64,000 nt of DNA, from assembly GCA_963844715.1 (NCBI GenBank), contig CAWJPJ010000007.1, forward strand, positions 1,248,001-1,312,000, read 5' to 3'. Origin of the DNA: an uncultured Phycisphaerales bacterium (lineage in GTDB: Bacteria > Planctomycetota > Phycisphaerae > Tepidisphaerales > Tepidisphaeraceae). Below are positions 63,297 to 64,000 of the stretch, one piece after another (within the stretch, counting starts at the first letter, position 1; each line of letters starts with the position of its first letter). The notes below the pieces were generated by a model. It was not told the origin of the DNA, did not search any database, and saw only the letters and a program-made list of their open reading frames with translations. The translations under genes were made by a program, and so were the position numbers.

Positions 63297-64000
63297 ATGA
63301 ACACGAGCAATGACAAAATCAAGATGCCGAAAACGCTGATGGAAGCCGTTAAGTATTTCGCGGTCTATGAAAACGCCCATGAGTTTTTCGTCAATGTCCG
63401 CTGGTCGAACGGCGTGGTCTGCCCACGGTGCGGATCGACCGAAGCCAACTATAATCCGAAGTATCGACGATTCCAGTGCAATCGAACCCACAACCTTCGG
63501 CAGTTCACGGTAAAAACCGGAACCGTCATGGAAGATTCGCCGCTAGGTCTGGACAAATGGGCCATCGCCTTTTGGTTGGAAGTCAACGCCAAGAATTCTA
63601 TTAGCAGTTGCGAGATTCACCGGGCGCTGGGGATTACTCAAAAGTCCGCGTGGTTCATGTTGCATCGCGTCCGTCACGCGCTACACGTCGGATCGTTCGA
63701 TAAGAAACTCTGCGGAACAATCGAAGCCGATGAAACCCTGGTGGGGGGACTTGCCAAGAACATGCACAAGAAACAGCGTGAAGCGCGAGTCCACGGCATG
63801 ACCGGCGGAACACACATGACTCCGGTCATGGGATTGCTTGAACGGCATAGCGGGAAAAAGCATAGCACTGTCCGCGCCACGGTTGTTCCGAACCGCCAAA
63901 AGGAAACTCTCCATGATGTAATTCACCGGAACGTCGAACCGGGTGCGCAGGTTTTCACGGACGCACTCATGGGATATCGCGGGATTGAATCGACTTTTGC
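63297..64000 (+). CDS. IS1595-family (ISXO2-like DDE) transposase, partial; missing from the ORF track because it has no stop in the window
   Basis: Translation contains VRWSNGVVCPRCGS zinc ribbon, FTVKTGTVMEDSPL, LGITQKSAWFMLHRVR, IEADETLVGG and VFTD. Confidence 0.9.
   Translation, partial: MNTSNDKIKMPKTLMEAVKYFAVYENAHEFFVNVRWSNGVVCPRCGSTEANYNPKYRRFQCNRTHNLRQFTVKTGTVMEDSPLGLDKWAIAFWLEVNAKNSISSCEIHRALGITQKSAWFMLHRVRHALHVGSFDKKLCGTIEADETLVGGLAKNMHKKQREARVHGMTGGTHMTPVMGLLERHSGKKHSTVRATVVPNRQKETLHDVIHRNVEPGAQVFTDALMGYRGIESTF

Larger units (their letters stand above)
63249..64000 (+). mobile_element. IS1595-family insertion sequence, left end (truncated by the window edge)
   Basis: Putative left IR ggcaattatatacttgaca at 63249, followed by the transposase ORF. 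Confidence 0.8.

Overview
A GC-rich bacterial chromosome segment, most likely Planctomycetota and possibly Phycisphaerae. This is inferred from a LEKRTLLS Planctomycete export motif, a CxxCGYDLRG-CPECG membrane protein and Planctomycete-style intergenic repeats. Core genes include panB, ispH, eda, clpC, degP, an M16 peptidase pair, lemA-TPM-TPM, tmRNA and tRNA-Ser(GCT). Glycan and envelope genes are unusually dense: wecA-like, O-antigen-ligase/TPR, PglD-like, rmlA/B/D, hldD-like, GT4, TPR-GT41, TPR-GT9, two tandem three-domain glycosyltransferases and two GT-C-like membrane proteins. The window also holds a fluoride riboswitch-fluc-DUF190x2 operon, an XRE-cupin/APC/MOSC unit, a DHDPS-SSS-glycosidase unit, xdhC-mocA and the start of an IS1595-family element at the right edge. 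About 20 genes, including ispH, carry frameshifts, which I read as long-read indel errors rather than biology. The best leads are: (i) the tandem tri-modular glycosyltransferases next to hldD; (ii) a ~1.9 kb membrane-protein cassette bounded by a 34-bp direct repeat just downstream of tmRNA; (iii) PEP-carboxykinase-like catalytic motifs in the DUF4914 protein; (iv) an orphan antisense small-RNA candidate; (v) a perfect 43-bp palindrome beside a decayed gene; and (vi) a zinc-ribbon bactofilin. I found no CRISPR array, prophage or clear defence system. All family assignments come from motif recognition by eye, with no database searches run.
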